Numbered from the stretch's first letter, positions 12,938 through 25,621 are shown. The stretch: DNA of 64,000 bases from Eledone cirrhosa (GCA_964016885.1 OZ024741.1:277822001-277886000); one strand, 5' to 3'. Made by a program: numbers and translations. The notes: generated from the letters alone by a model not told the origin.

Positions 12938-14065
12938 ATAAGTATCAGAAACGTCTTATCTTTATTTGTTGTTATTCTTTCCATCATCATTGTTTAACGT
13001 CTGTTTTTCCCCTACTAAGCAAGGGTTTGACGTGTTGTCATAGACCTGCCACCTGTCTGTACTCACATGAAGCCATTGAGCTCCAGGTGTGCTGGGGGAC
13101 ATACATCCCACATACATATATTCCCACGCTCTATCAATTGCTCCAACAGGCCGGGGGCCCGACATATGATCCCACACTTTACAGAGTACATTTTATCGTG
13201 GCATCAACACTAGTGAGGTTGTCATGTCCTTAACACAGCTGAAGACTTGGCATTTTGTTTGATTTTATAGCTTTTATTGTTATTTATTGTTTTACAGTAA
13301 TACTGTAATGAAGGTGTGCAATCTAGTATTTAGTGTTGAACTCAGTATCATAAAGTCGTATGTTCAATTCCTGGACCAAGCTGTGCATTCTGTGCTTGAG
13401 CAGATACTTCATTTCACATTACTTTCCATCATAGAACCGGCACCTCTATCATTAAAAGGCGTGAGAAACCTCCTATGAGATACAACCTCATGAAAGGCCA
13501 GTTAAACCTGCATAAGGTGTGGGCTGTAAATTTAATTTCATTTTGATACTGTTGATGCATGGCTTCTGTAGTTAAGAAGTTTGCTAACCATAAAAAACTT
13601 GCCAAATAGAGGTTTGAGAGCACTTTTCATTTGTGCCAAGAACATGACAACCCTTCCTAGTGTTGGTGACATAATAAAATGCACCTAGTACACTCTGTAA
13701 AGAGGTTGGTGATCGGAAGCACATCCAGATGTAGAAACCTTACAAAACTGGAACCTATGTAAGTGAGGTGTATTTACACTGTAAAGATGTAAGCAGTGGT
13801 TATCTTTCTTCTGAGGATTAAAAAACAATGAAATTTTCGGAAATTTCTAATTAAATTTTAGATGAAATTTTGGTGGAATTTTATATAAAAAATTGTTTTG
13901 AATTTTTCAACGGAATTTTTGGATTGAAGTTTTGAGAAAATTTTTTATGACATTTTTATAAATGTTTTGATGAAATGTTCTGAAAAATTTGAGAAAATTA
14001 ATTTAAGAACTGAATATTTTTTATGAAAACTTGCTTTATTGTTTAATGTTCTTTTTTTTTTCTAC
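12938..14065 (+). other. AT-AC intron with U2-type signals
   Basis: AAG|ATAAGT ... T-tract CTAC|ATG is the only join I found that keeps the frame and the SLK-xxx-L.IDRLN.LP..IRILG sequence. Confidence 0.8.
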
Positions 14066-14135
14066 ATGTTGTTAAATGTTGAGAATTTGATTGATCGACT
14101 CAATGAGACACTTCCAAAACAGATCAGAATCCTTG
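14066..14135 (+). CDS. PUS1: PUS1 coding exon 6: MLLNVENLIDRLNETLPKQIRIL(G)
   Basis: TruA LN..LP..IR motif, donor gtgagt, acceptor AC. Confidence 0.9.
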
Positions 14136-14456
14136 GTGAGTTGTTCTAGTTTTTTTTCTATCCTTGTAATTCTTTTAGGTTATCTTAAATCTATTATCCA
14201 ATAATTCCCCCCCTCTCTCTCTCTCTCCCCTCCTGACCCTTTGTTTGGCAAGCTTTCTACAACTTGGTGACCTCCCTTCACCAATCACTTTACAGAGTGT
14301 ATTGGGTGATTGTTTATCAAGTACATACCATCTACCATATGAAGTGTCACCAATCATTGTATCATCTGATTATACGCAGAGTTGTCATGGAAAATAGATA
14401 TGAAACAAAGATGATGATGATGATGAAAATTTGAGCTGGTAGTGAGTTAACTAATG

Positions 14457-14708
14457 AAGGCACATTGACCTAGTGGTAAGGGTATTGGACTTATGATCAT
14501 AATGTTCAATTCCTTGACTGAGCTGTGTGTGTTGTTCTTAAATAAAACACATCATTTCATGTTGCTCCAGTATACTCAGCTAAAAATGAGTACCAGCAAT
14601 AGCTGAGGATTTAGGCCTGCGATGGACTGGTATCCTGTCCAGAGGGAAGACTTGTTCTCTCAATCACTTCAGGAACCAAGATGAACCTCCAGGCTTGAAA
14701 CGGACTTT
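14457..14708 (+). mobile_element. tRNA-derived SINE family 2 (also at about 17568 and 39990)
   Basis: A-box-like TAGTGGT and B-box-like GTTCAATTCC, with a recurring body GTTGCTCCAGTATACTCAGCT...CCTGCGATGGACTGG. Confidence 0.75.
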
Positions 14709-14769
14709 AGTGAGTCAACTAGTATATCATATTAACCCTAATTAACTCTTATGTATTTCATCTTTGTAG

Positions 14770-14870
14770 GTCTGACACGTACGACAAATTCTTTCAACAG
14801 TAAGAATCATTGTTCCCATCGTACATACATCTATGTTATGCCAACATTTGCTCTGACTCCAGTAGAAGAG
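14770..14870 (+). CDS. PUS1: PUS1 coding exon 7: LTRTTNSFNSKNHCSHRTYIYVMPTFALTPVEE
   Basis: FNSKN.C..RTY.Y motif, AG/GT boundaries. Confidence 0.95.
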
Positions 14871-15734
14871 GTATGTATCTTGATAATTGCTTCTACAATA
14901 ACTTCTCTTTTTCTGTTTCAATAGTTGTTAGTTAAAACCTTTATCACTTCATTACTCTATCTCTAATGAAAGACACAGCCTATGATTTTCAAATAATTTT
15001 TAAAATAATCAAGAATTTGGAAAGATTTAGTAATATAACTAATTTTCTCATTATTTATCTAGTGTTTAGCAGGGTAGTCCTCGATATTTGATGAGATACA
15101 GAGAGCTGTTCATGAAAAAAAATCATCAGGAAAGTCAACTGTCAATACAACCATTTTACAATGGCAGTTGGCTTTCCTGATGATTTCTTTTGAATCAAAT
15201 AGTTGTAGTCCTATAGAAGCCATTTCTATATTACACATGATGTTTACACTCTACTAATGTAGATTACTCACAATTGAACCCGAGACTCACACACACACAT
15301 ATATATAGAGAGTACTCAATACTGAAGTAGAGTTTAAATATTCATTTATTGTGGCCAAGTAGTGAGTCTTGTTACTCCGGAGTTTCACCTGTGCACTCAT
15401 AGGATAGGTGAAACTCCAGAGTAACAAGACTCACTACTTAGCCATAATAAATGAATATATAAATATGCTAGCATGGAAAAATAGACATTAAACGTTGATG
15501 ATATATATATATATTGCTATCAAAGTAAGTGGACATTAAACGATGATGATGATGATATATATATATCATCGTTTAACATCCGTTTTCCCTGCTAACAAGG
15601 GTCAGTCTCCAATATATATATATATATATACATATGTATATATATATGTGTGTGTGTGTGTGTTGTTTTTATCTTGTATGTTTTATTTTTATGTCTAAAT
15701 TCTAATATATTTTGGTTCCTTTCTTCTATTCCAG

Positions 15735-15762
15735 AATGTTGTCTTAGATTATAGAATAGATG
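15735..15762 (+). CDS. PUS1: PUS1 28-nt micro-exon: NVVLDYRID
   Basis: ttccag| and |gtaagt boundaries. It is needed to convert phase 0 to phase 1 and supplies the YR motif. Confidence 0.85.
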
Positions 15763-16040
15763 GTAAGTTACCTGGGTATGTTACCCGTATATCTTTGAAT
15801 TGGAAGTCGGTAATGGTTGTTGTAGTGATAGTAATGATGATGGTGATGATAATGATATTGATTGTATGTTGGTGCAAATGGTGATGATGATGATAATGGC
15901 TGTGGTGCTAGTGATAGGGATGATAGTGAGTGTAGGTAGTGATGGTGATGGTGACGATAGTGGTGGTGGAGGGGTGATAGTAGTGCTGATGTTGATGTTG
16001 ATGATGCCTATCAAAGAATTCCAATTTTTCTATATTTCAG

Positions 16041-16119
16041 AAAGTAGGCTGGAACAACTGAATAAAGTTTTAAGTTTATTTAAAGGAACACATAATTTTC
16101 ATAATTTTACCTCTGGACG
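16041..16119 (+). CDS. PUS1: PUS1 coding exon 9: SRLEQLNKVLSLFKGTHNFHNFTSG
   Basis: GTHNFHNFT signature of Pus1. Confidence 0.96.
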
Positions 16120-16537
16120 GTAAGAAACTCTTTGTCTTCTTTCTTTTTTTCCCATCCTCTCACCCTTTCTCTTCTCATCTCTCTCTCACTTGTCTATCTC
16201 CTCTTACTCTCATTACTTTCGCCCTTTCTCTTCTCTTTCTCACTTGTCTATCTCCTCACAGCCACACAACTTTCACCTTTTCTCCTGTCCCTTCACCTCA
16301 ATCTATTGTTTCTCTTGTCCCTCTCTCTATCTCTTCTCTCTCACTTTCTTTCCTCTCACTTCCCCTTCACATTCAACCACTTTCTCTGCCATTTTTTCTT
16401 TATAAGTTTCTTACTACTACTACTAGTACCATTATCACATGTTGCTACTAATTGTTACTGTATAGTTGATAACATTACTGTTTGTTGCTATTTTCACCTC
16501 TCTTTTCTTTTCTCTCTCTCTCTTCCAATGTATTTAG

Positions 16538-16583
16538 GAAATTTTCTGACCCAAGTGCCAACCGCTACATCATGGAATTTAAG
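16538..16583 (+). CDS. PUS1: PUS1 coding exon 10: KFSDPSANRYIMEFK
   Basis: DPSA.RYI motif, phases fit. Confidence 0.92.
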
Positions 16584-16781
16584 GTAGGTTTCTTTCTCTA
16601 TTGATCTATCGATCTATCTCTATCTACCTTTCTCTCTCTCTCTCTTCAGTAACTGCAAGGAGAAGTATTTCCTCATTGATTATATACCAGTAATATACAT
16701 GGGTTGATTAAATTAATTATACATTCCTCCTCCCTTCCCTCCAAATGATTCACTTTGTGTGTCTCTATATATCTATGCATG

Positions 16782-16942
<161 letters not shown>

Positions 16943-17427
16943 TCATCATCACCATTTTACATCCATTCTTCCACGCTAGCATGGGTTAGACGGGTTGTCC
17001 TGTTGTGGGCAGTGTACAATCGGCTGCCCTTGTCTTGCTCATACTGGAACTGATTCTGGCTTGATTACTACAGCTGGATGCCCTTCCTAACACCAACCTC
17101 ATTTACAGTGAGTGCTGGCTGCTTTTTTGTCGTGGCACCTCCACGTCCACTTTGCAGTGGGAGGGTGTGGGGTCATATTGTCTATATGCTTCAGCTTTGG
17201 CTTGTACCCATGGGGGGGGGGGTCTTCTGTATTACTGCGTGATGCCAGAGGTCATGGTCGTGTATCATCACCTTTGAGAGGTGTAATATAATGTGTGTGT
17301 CTCTCACTCACTCACTCTCTATCTATCCATCCATCTCTATCTCTCTAATTCTATTTACCTACCTATCTATGTATATCTTGCTATCTATATATCTATGTTT
17401 CTCTATCTGTCTACCTATCTATCACAG

Positions 17428-17521
17428 GCAGGTAAACCAGTGGTCATTGATGGTCTGGAGTTGGTCACTATCAAGATTCAGGGTCAAAGTTTCATGTTGC
17501 ATCACATTCGTAAAATGATAG
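17428..17521 (+). CDS. PUS1: PUS1 coding exon 11: AGKPVVIDGLELVTIKIQGQSFMLHHIRKMI
   Basis: GQSFMLHxIRKM motif. Confidence 0.96.
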
Positions 17522-18487
17522 GTATGTCAAATACTATATAATTACATGTAATATAAATACAAATGTGGAGGCATATGGCTTAGTGGTAAGGGTGTTGGAC
17601 TTATGATAATGACGTTGGCTTTATTCCTGGACTGGGTTGTGTGTTGTGTTCATTTCATTTCACAGTGTTCCACTGTACTCTGCTGAAAATGAGTACCTTC
17701 AATACCTGGGATTTACTCCTGCCGTGGACCAGTGTTCTGTCCAGGGGAAAGTCTTGTATTCTCAGTCACTTAACACCACAGAAACAAGGATAAGCACAAG
17801 GCTGATGAGCCTCCGGGCTCAAGACAGACTTTACATTTTAGAATATAAATACAAAGTAAATGTGGTGAAAAACTGGAGACTACAGTGTTTGGCACATGGT
17901 TAATGTAAGGTCTGAGAAGACTCTTCAATTTGGCCTAGCATCTAACAACTTCCCTAGTGCCAGTGCCATGAAATAACACACCCAATAAGTACATCCTGTA
18001 CAGTGTTAGTGTTGGTACCATGAAAACTTGTACTTAGTATATCCTGTAAAGTGTTGATATTGGTGCCATGAAAAAATGTACTCAGTACACTCTGTAAAGT
18101 GGTAGCATAGTTCCATGATAAAAATGCATCATATAAGGTGGTTGGCATTAGGAAGGACATCCAGCCATAGAAACCATGCCAAATATGGAACATATGAGCA
18201 AGACAGGTTAATCCAGCCAAACATGGTAACAAAAGTGTTCAAGTGTTTATATTTATGTAAAAACCTTCCATGTAAGAACCTTCGATAATTCCAAACACCA
18301 ACTTAATAGTGAGAAAGTTAGTTATATTACTGAATCCTAAATTCTTGATTATTTTCATGATTTATTGAAATATATCAAGTGTATTTCATTAGACATATAG
18401 CAATGAAAAGGTTAATTTGCCACTCCAGAATTTTGAACACTCCATCACCATATTGACTTAACATTGATTTCCTCTTGTATTATCCAG

Positions 18488-18558
18488 GTTTATCAATCGC
18501 CATTGTTCGAGGATTTTGTGGAACAGATGTCATTGATCTATCATGGAAAGCTGAGAAA
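18488..18558 (+). CDS. PUS1: PUS1 coding exon 12: LSIAIVRGFCGTDVIDLSWKAEK
   Basis: AG/GT boundaries, in frame, Pus1-like AIVRG...SW. Confidence 0.9.
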
Positions 18559-20003
18559 GTAAGTTATGCTTGTTGTTGTTGTTGTTTAGACTCAAGTCAG
18601 CCCCTTGATTGAGCAGATATCTCATCAAAGGTGTTCCAACCATGACCATCCCATTATTTTTGTATATCAGGGACTACACTGTTCATTGTAGCTGTCCTTT
18701 CTATTTATTTGTTTATAAAAATGCACCCGGCCTACCCTGTAAAGTGATAGTGCTGGTGCTATGATAAAAATGCACCCAGCCCACAGTATCTTTACTAGTG
18801 GACAAATCATGAAAATTAACAATATTAGAGTAAAGATTTTTATTTTTAATACAATGTAGTCATAGTGCCTGTTCTGTAATTTTAAAGAATGTTTTGCTAA
18901 TGTGGTACAGAACAGCCTACTTGCTATATTAAAATGTATTTGGCTGAGTATACCATGGACATGTTTACATACTTTTAAAGTCATTCTTGGGAAAATTAGT
19001 CCTTTGAATCACAGGTACAGTCCATCTGGCAGGCTTCCACATAGTTTCTGTCTACACAATTTCAGTCACAAGACTCTGACAAAAGATGCCACATGATGGG
19101 GTCAAACCCATTACCTCATAATTCCAAAGCATACTTCTTAACCATTTGATCATGCTGCATCTATGGGTATGGGAGGAAAATGCATAGAAATAAAGGAGAA
19201 CATTTTTTTTAGTGAAATTTTGTATATTTGAATGTTAGTGTTGGATTAAATACTTTGGTATTTATTTAGGTTTTCTATGCTCAGTGCTCTATTCCCTCTG
19301 AGGTTAACTTTGCTTTTCATCCTTTTGTGATTGATAAATGAAAGCAGCAGTCCAGAGGATGGTGGATTGGTAGAATTGCTAAAGAGACAGATGTGATGCT
19401 TTGCAATCTCTTCCAGTCCTGTGTGTGTTCTGAGTTCAAATCTTACTGCCTGTCACCAGAAAAGTGGTGACACTTTTGCCAGTGATTGCCACTGACAGAT
19501 AGTATCAGCAATGAAAAGACAAATGGAAACACTATTTCATTGGTTTGATCTGACAATCGGCTCCTATCTTCTTTCATTTTCCATGCTAGCATGGGTTAGA
19601 CGATGTGCGTGTACAAAAAGTAAACAGAAATAACAAAGCAAACAACACAGTACAATGAAGAAATATATTAGTTGAATGCTTGATATTATAGGAAAAGATT
19701 CTTTACGGTTCAGACACTAGTCCTTCATCAGAAGATAGAATGAGAAATAAAAGATACAATAGAAAGATAGAGTGAGAAGAGAAACTTTTTTTTTTTTAAA
19801 CCCTGTGTATTTAGTCAGCCATTTCATGTGTTTGTGTGTCTGTACATATGAACATAGCTTCCTATAGGACTTACCACTGGCAGATAGTATTAGCAATGGA
19901 AAGACAAATGGAAACATTGTTTCCTTAGTCTGATCTGACAATGTTCTTTTCCTTGCCTTTCTTTGATTGAATTGTTAAAATATTTTCTAATTTTCCTTTA
20001 CAG

Positions 20004-20048
20004 GTGGATGTTCCCAAAGCACCTGGACTGGGCCTTGTTTTAGAGAGG
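20004..20048 (+). CDS. PUS1: PUS1 coding exon 13: VDVPKAPGLGLVLER
   Basis: PKAPGLGL.L motif. Confidence 0.95.
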
Positions 20049-20967
20049 GTACAGTAAAGATTTTATTGGATATTTTTATATTTCTTGCTTGTTTCTTTCC
20101 AGTTATTTTGTGGAAGTGTGTACATTAGGAAAAAATATCAATAAAACAATAGTAATATATTTCACTATAAATATTAATTGAGAAAATCAGGTAAAATACA
20201 CCTGGTGACAGAAGTGATTGACTTATATTATGGTCATTTGTCTTGGGATACACACATTTCAAATTTTCCCAATGCTCCTGGATCCTTTAGCGTTTACATT
20301 ACTCTATATTTACTATTGAATTTTCACAGTAAACACTTTATCTCACATAATATCGAATCTACGAGATTTTGATATTATTTATTTTGAGAACAATACTTTC
20401 ACATAAGTATGAGCAACCAGTTTGAACAGAAAGAGGTGAGAGAATTCTGGCTGGATATGGCCAGTTTAAATGTTAAAGGGTTAAGTCAGCCGCTTTGTAA
20501 ATAAAAATAACCATGGTTTTTAATGTAAATAGAAGACAAACATTTTAGAGAGTCAGGTGTAATTGATGATACTTTGGTGTTTGGATGTATAACATTGGTC
20601 AGTGAATTTAGGGACCTCATGTGATGCGTGTACACAGTGTATGGCTGTGTAACATTGGTCATTGAATTTAGGGGACTACGTGGGATGTGTGTGTAACATG
20701 GTGTGGCTCAGCTACACAGTCAGTAAATGTAGATGATTACATGTAATGTATGTGACTGTTACACAGGCAGTAAATGTAGGGGACTACATATAATGTGTGT
20801 ACACAGTGATAGTATGTTGTGTTACATAGTCATATATTGAGATGTGAACCACTGGAGTTGAATGTCTGATGAAACAATGAAGAGTGTAATGTCTGAAACA
20901 CTGATGTGATGTAATGTTTGATGAAACTGGTATAATTTAATATCCTGTCTTGTCATCTTTCTTTCAG

Positions 20968-21042
20968 TTACATTATAATGGTTACAATAAACGGTTTGGT
21001 AATGATGGCATCCATGAACCTTTAGTGTGGGATAAATATGAT
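20968..21042 (+). CDS. PUS1: PUS1 coding exon 14: LHYNGYNKRFGNDGIHEPLVWDKYD
   Basis: YN.RFGNDG.HEPL.W motif of animal PUS1. Confidence 0.95.
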
Positions 21043-21739
21043 GTAAGTATGACCTTAATGTAATGTTATTGACCCTTGTAATTATTATAACATCAGCTTA
21101 ATAATGAGACAGTTATGTCATCATCATCATCATCATCATACATCCACTTTCCTCACTGGCATGGGTTGGAAAGGTGGCCCCAGTCCAAAGCCAGATGGGT
21201 TGGAACAACCTTATCTCACTCGTACATTCCAGGATGCCCTTCCTAATACCAACCACCCTGCAGGGTCTACAGGATGCTTTTTTTTCATGATACCACCACT
21301 GACTGTTACTTTACAAAGTGTAGTGGGAGGATTGGCTGCATTTTATTGTGGCACCATCTCTAGAGTAGTGTTATGGGATTGGATCCAAGGCCTCACAACC
21401 CTCTCCAACACCTTATAGCCAGCAGCATTGACCCTTTGGAAGAAGTGGAGAAGCATAACCATTGGAACATCATTAGGGTCTCTACATAACCATCTGTCAT
21501 ATGTTTGTCTAGATTGAAGAGTCCTGTCAAACTCTGTATTGTCTCTATTCAATTGTATTCAATGCAGTAGAAATATATAAAGGGCAAAGGATGACAAATA
21601 AAACAAAACAAAGCAATGTTTTTCTTACCCAGTATAGTTTCCTTGGTCCAATCTGACAATCTCACCCACCACCACACACACACACCTTTTTTTTTTTTTG
21701 TAATATTTTGTTGTTTATATTCCCTGTGTTGTGTTTCAG

Positions 21740-21810
21740 GAGCAAATGGAGAAGTTTAAAGAAGAATATATCATGAAAAACATTGTGGAAAAGGAGAAGG
21801 AGGAGAAATC
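21740..21810 (+). CDS. PUS1: PUS1 coding exon 15: EQMEKFKEEYIMKNIVEKEKEEK(S)
   Basis: FKEE.I motif. Ends in phase 2 at a U12-type donor. Confidence 0.92.
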
Positions 21811-21819
21811 GTATCCTTT
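21811..21819 (+). promoter_or_regulatory. U12-type (minor spliceosome) 5' splice site GTATCCTTT
   Basis: Exact match to the RTATCCTTT consensus at the exon end. Confidence 0.92.
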
Positions 21820-22751
21820 GACATCTTTGGTTTGAATGGTGACTAAAATATAGGCATCATCATTGAGTTGAATAAGTCGTTACAGGCCAGGTCACTATGT
21901 AATCAGTCACTGTCCTCTTAGATGAGCCAGTGGCTATGTTTGAGTTGAGGGTTACATCTGAGCTAGGGGGCTCATATCTCACATACATTACCAACTACTT
22001 TACAGAGTGTACTGGGTGTAATTTTTGTGACACCAGCACTAAGGAGGTTGCCAAGTCTTTGATACAAATGAAAACCCATGCTAGCGTGGAAGATGGACGT
22101 TAAACGAAGATGATGATGAAGTCCTCTTAACTCTTTGTTTGATATGGTTTCTACATCTAGATGCCCTTACTAGTGCCAATTCCTTTACAGAGTGTACTGG
22201 GTGCATTTTAATTAGGTACCAGCACTAGAAAAACCTCTCATTAAAATGTTATAATGATGATGATGATATAAAGTAGTTGATGAAAAAGAGTGTCCCTAGT
22301 GGTTGTTGTTCAATCTAATTGAACCTTTACTAGGAAGCTGACTTATTAATTACATTCCAGTAAAATATCTAGAACTTCATTGTTCTTTCTGACACATGAC
22401 CTGTGAGGAATAACAGTTAAGTCTCCCTCATATCACACCTTACTGTCTTAAAATATCAGATGCCACCTCAGTTTTTTTTGCAGGATGATTTTTTGGGTGT
22501 AGTTCATTGTGTATAGTGGGTGAGTAAGGGAGATAACTCTACTGGCAGCATGTCCAATAATCATATTGAGCAAATCCTTTTGTATTTTTCTTAACAACAC
22601 TTGGAAAGAAAATTTTTCACAAATTACTGAGAAATATTTGACAGAAAAATCAATAGTATAATGGGTGACAGCTTATATTCGAGGTCAATATTTTGCCGAT
22701 TTTCACCGACTTCAAATTCTGTATAAATAAGTTGCTAAAATATTTTCGCTT

Positions 22752-24236
22752 TGGAGGTGAATATTACACTAGTTTCACTTTGTTTATGAATATTACACTG
22801 GTTTTACTTTGTGGTGAATATTACACCAGTTTCACTTTGGTGGTGAATATTACACTGGTTTCACTTTGGTGGTGAATATTACACAGGTTTTACTTTGGAG
22901 GTGAATATTACACTGGTTTCATTTTATAGGTGAATATTACACTGGTTTCATTTTATAGGTGAATATTACACAGGTTTTACTTTGGTGGTGAATATTACAC
23001 TGGTTTTACTTTGGAGGTGAATATTACACTGGTTTTACTTTGGAGGTGAATATTACACCAGTTTCACTTTGGTGGTGAATATTACACTGGTTTTACTTTG
23101 GTGGTGAATATTACACAGGTTTTACTTTGGAGGTGAATATTACACAGGTTTTACTTTGGTGGTGAATATTACACTGGTTTTACTTTGGTGGTGAATATTA
23201 CACAGGTTTTACTTTGGAGGTGAATATTACACTGGTTTTACTTTGGTGGTGAATATTACACAGGTTTCACTTTGGTGGTGAATATTACACAGGTTTCACT
23301 TTGGTGGTGAATATTACGCAGGTTTCACTTTGGTGGTGAATATTACACTGATTTCATTTTATAGGTGAATATTACACTGGTTTCATTTTATAGGTGAATA
23401 TTACACAGGTTTTACTTTGGAGGTGAATATTACACAGGTTTTACTTTGGAGGTGAATATTACACTGGTTTTACTTTGGAAGTGAATATTACACTGGTTTT
23501 ACTTTGGAAGTGAATATTACACTGGTTTTACTTTGGAAGTGAATATTACACCAGTTTCACTTTGGTGGTGACTATTACACTGGTTTTACTTCGGTGGTGA
23601 ATATTACACGGGTTTTACTTTGGAGGTAAATATTACACTGGTTTTACTTTGGAAGTGAATATTACACTGGTTTTACTTTGGAAGTGAATATTACACCAGT
23701 TTCACTTTGGAGGTGAATATTACACTGGTTTTACTTCGGTGGTGAATATTACACGGGTTTTACTTTGGAGGTAAATATTACACTGGTTTTACTTTGGAAG
23801 TGAATATTACACTGGTTTTACTTTGGAAGTGACTATACACAGGTTTTACTTTGGAGGTAAATATTACACTGGTTTTACTTTGGAAGTGAATATTACACTA
23901 GTTTCACTTCGGTGGTGAATATTACACAGGTTTCACTTTGGAAGTGAATATTACACTGGTTTTACTTTGGAAGTGAATATTACACTGGTTTTACTTTGGA
24001 AGTGACTATACACAGGTTTTACTTTGGAAGTGAATATTACACTGGTTTTACTTTGGAGGTAAATATTACACTAGTTTCACTTCGGTGGTGAATATTACAC
24101 TGATTTCATTTTATAGGTGAATATACACAGGTTTTACTTTGGAGGTGAATATTACACTGATTTTATTTTGGTGGTGAATATTACACCGGTTTCACTTTGG
24201 AGGTGAATATTACACTGGATTCAGTTTGGTGGTGAA
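22752..24236. repeat. 29-bp minisatellite, about 50 copies (GGWGGTGAATATTACACTGGTTTTACTTT)
   Basis: Directly visible tandem array with point variants and no spacers. Confidence 0.97.
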
Positions 24237-24519
24237 ATTTGTTTTTCATATTGTTTTTGATGTTTTGAGTGAATATGGCCTTCGAAACGACCAGAAATCA
24301 ACAAAAAAATCATTACATAATGAAGTTGTGAAACAAAAACTATACTCTAAACCAGGGGTTCTCAACCTTTTTTTTGCTGTGGACCACCAAAATAAGTAAT
24401 TTTTGCCTGTGGACCACCTAAATTTTAAATCTTTTGTAATAGAACTGCTAGAGACATTCTAACCACATGCCCATAGTATCAGAGCTGTGAACTCGAAATT
24501 TTCAAATATAATGGACACG

Positions 24520-24880
24520 TAGATTAGAGAGAAACGAAGCCTGCATGCTCCGATGGATGTGTAACAGTAATATACGTGAACGACAAAGCATAAAGGAATT
24601 GAGAGAGAGACTGAGCATAAGAGGAATCAAATGCTGCGTGCAGGAGAGGCGGTTACGCTGGTATGGACATGTGATGCGTATGAAGGATGACAGCTGCATA
24701 AAAAGGTGCAGAGCACTAGAAGTTGATGGAAACTGCGGAGTGGGGAGACCCAAGATGACTTGGGATGAGGTGATAAAAGCCGACCTTACCCAACTACACC
24801 TCTCAAAGTCAATGACACACGACCGTGACTTCTGGCGTCACGCAGTAATACAGGGTACCCGACCTCCCATGGGTACATGC
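24520..24880 (+). mobile_element. RTE-clade LINE 3' fragment
   Basis: RRLRWYGHVMRM...GRPKMTW C-terminal motif typical of RTE ORFs. Confidence 0.9.
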
Positions 24881-25452
24881 TGAAGCATATAAACAATATC
24901 TTCTTAAATATGTTCTCCACTCATGAGAATTTCAAAACTGCATCATCTAAACATAATTTGTTGATTAGCTTCCTCAGCTTATACACAGGGTTTGGATTTT
25001 TGCCTATTTCTCAGACATATAAGGGAGGGGGTGATTATATTCAAGTATATATGGTAATTTCTGTATTTGCTGGCATTGTGGTGTGTCTCAATTTTGAGTT
25101 GCTAAATTGTGAAAATTTAAGTTTAGGCTTATGAATAAACTAATGTTCGGCCTTCAAGACACAAGGTAAATCTTCCAAGCTTTTTTTTTTTCAAGTGGTG
25201 GGGGGGGGGGGGGGGGTACTGTCTTCCTCACTGGGAAATATGGTGGGTTTTGTTAGCAACACAAAACTAATAAATATACAATCAACCCTAACATAGAACC
25301 TTCCTCATAACTGACTCACATGTGTGTCGGTATGTATGTGTCTGTATATCTGTGCCTCAATATGTGTGTGTATCTGCCTGAATGTACGTGTGTCTGTGGT
25401 GCAATGTTTAGTTACTGAATTAGTCCATCTTTTCTCCTATTAGTATATTATA

Positions 25453-25461
25453 TTCCTTAAC
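25453..25461 (+). promoter_or_regulatory. U12 branch point A (TTCCTTAAC)
   Basis: Perfect consensus, with the AG ending at 25476. Confidence 0.88.
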
Positions 25462-25476
25462 TCTATATTCTCTCAG

Positions 25477-25621
25477 CCTCTTCAAGTGGTTGCCCTGCCT
25501 CCACCACAATGTATACAAGGCCCACCCAGGGCCCATAGCTCGCACATCTCGACTACATTACACCATGCGGAAACTGAAAAAGATAGAACAAGCAGAATTA
25601 GATGTTGCACAGCCAGCTTAG
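25477..25621 (+). CDS. PUS1: PUS1 alternative terminal exon A: LFKWLPCLHHNVYKAHPGPIARTSRLHYTMRKLKKIEQAELDVAQPA*
   Basis: Phase-2 compatible open frame with a WL..LH motif. AATAAA at about 25763. Confidence 0.78.

Noticed and set aside
12942-14083. Canonical GT-AG alternative for the PUS1 AT-AC intron
   Set aside because: The GT at 12942 is phase 1 and the nearby AG is phase 0. Other GT/AG pairs delete conserved residues.
15781-16040. Low-complexity ORFs on both strands
   Set aside because: They come from intronic GAT/GGT repeats. Only 16041-16119 is exonic.
20862-20900. Box C/D snoRNA-like TGATGA...CTGA
   Set aside because: Too short, and embedded in a degenerate local repeat.
22752-24236. 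CRISPR-like array (29-bp semi-palindromic repeats)
   Set aside because: The units are contiguous with no unique spacers, there are no cas genes, and it sits in a eukaryotic intron.
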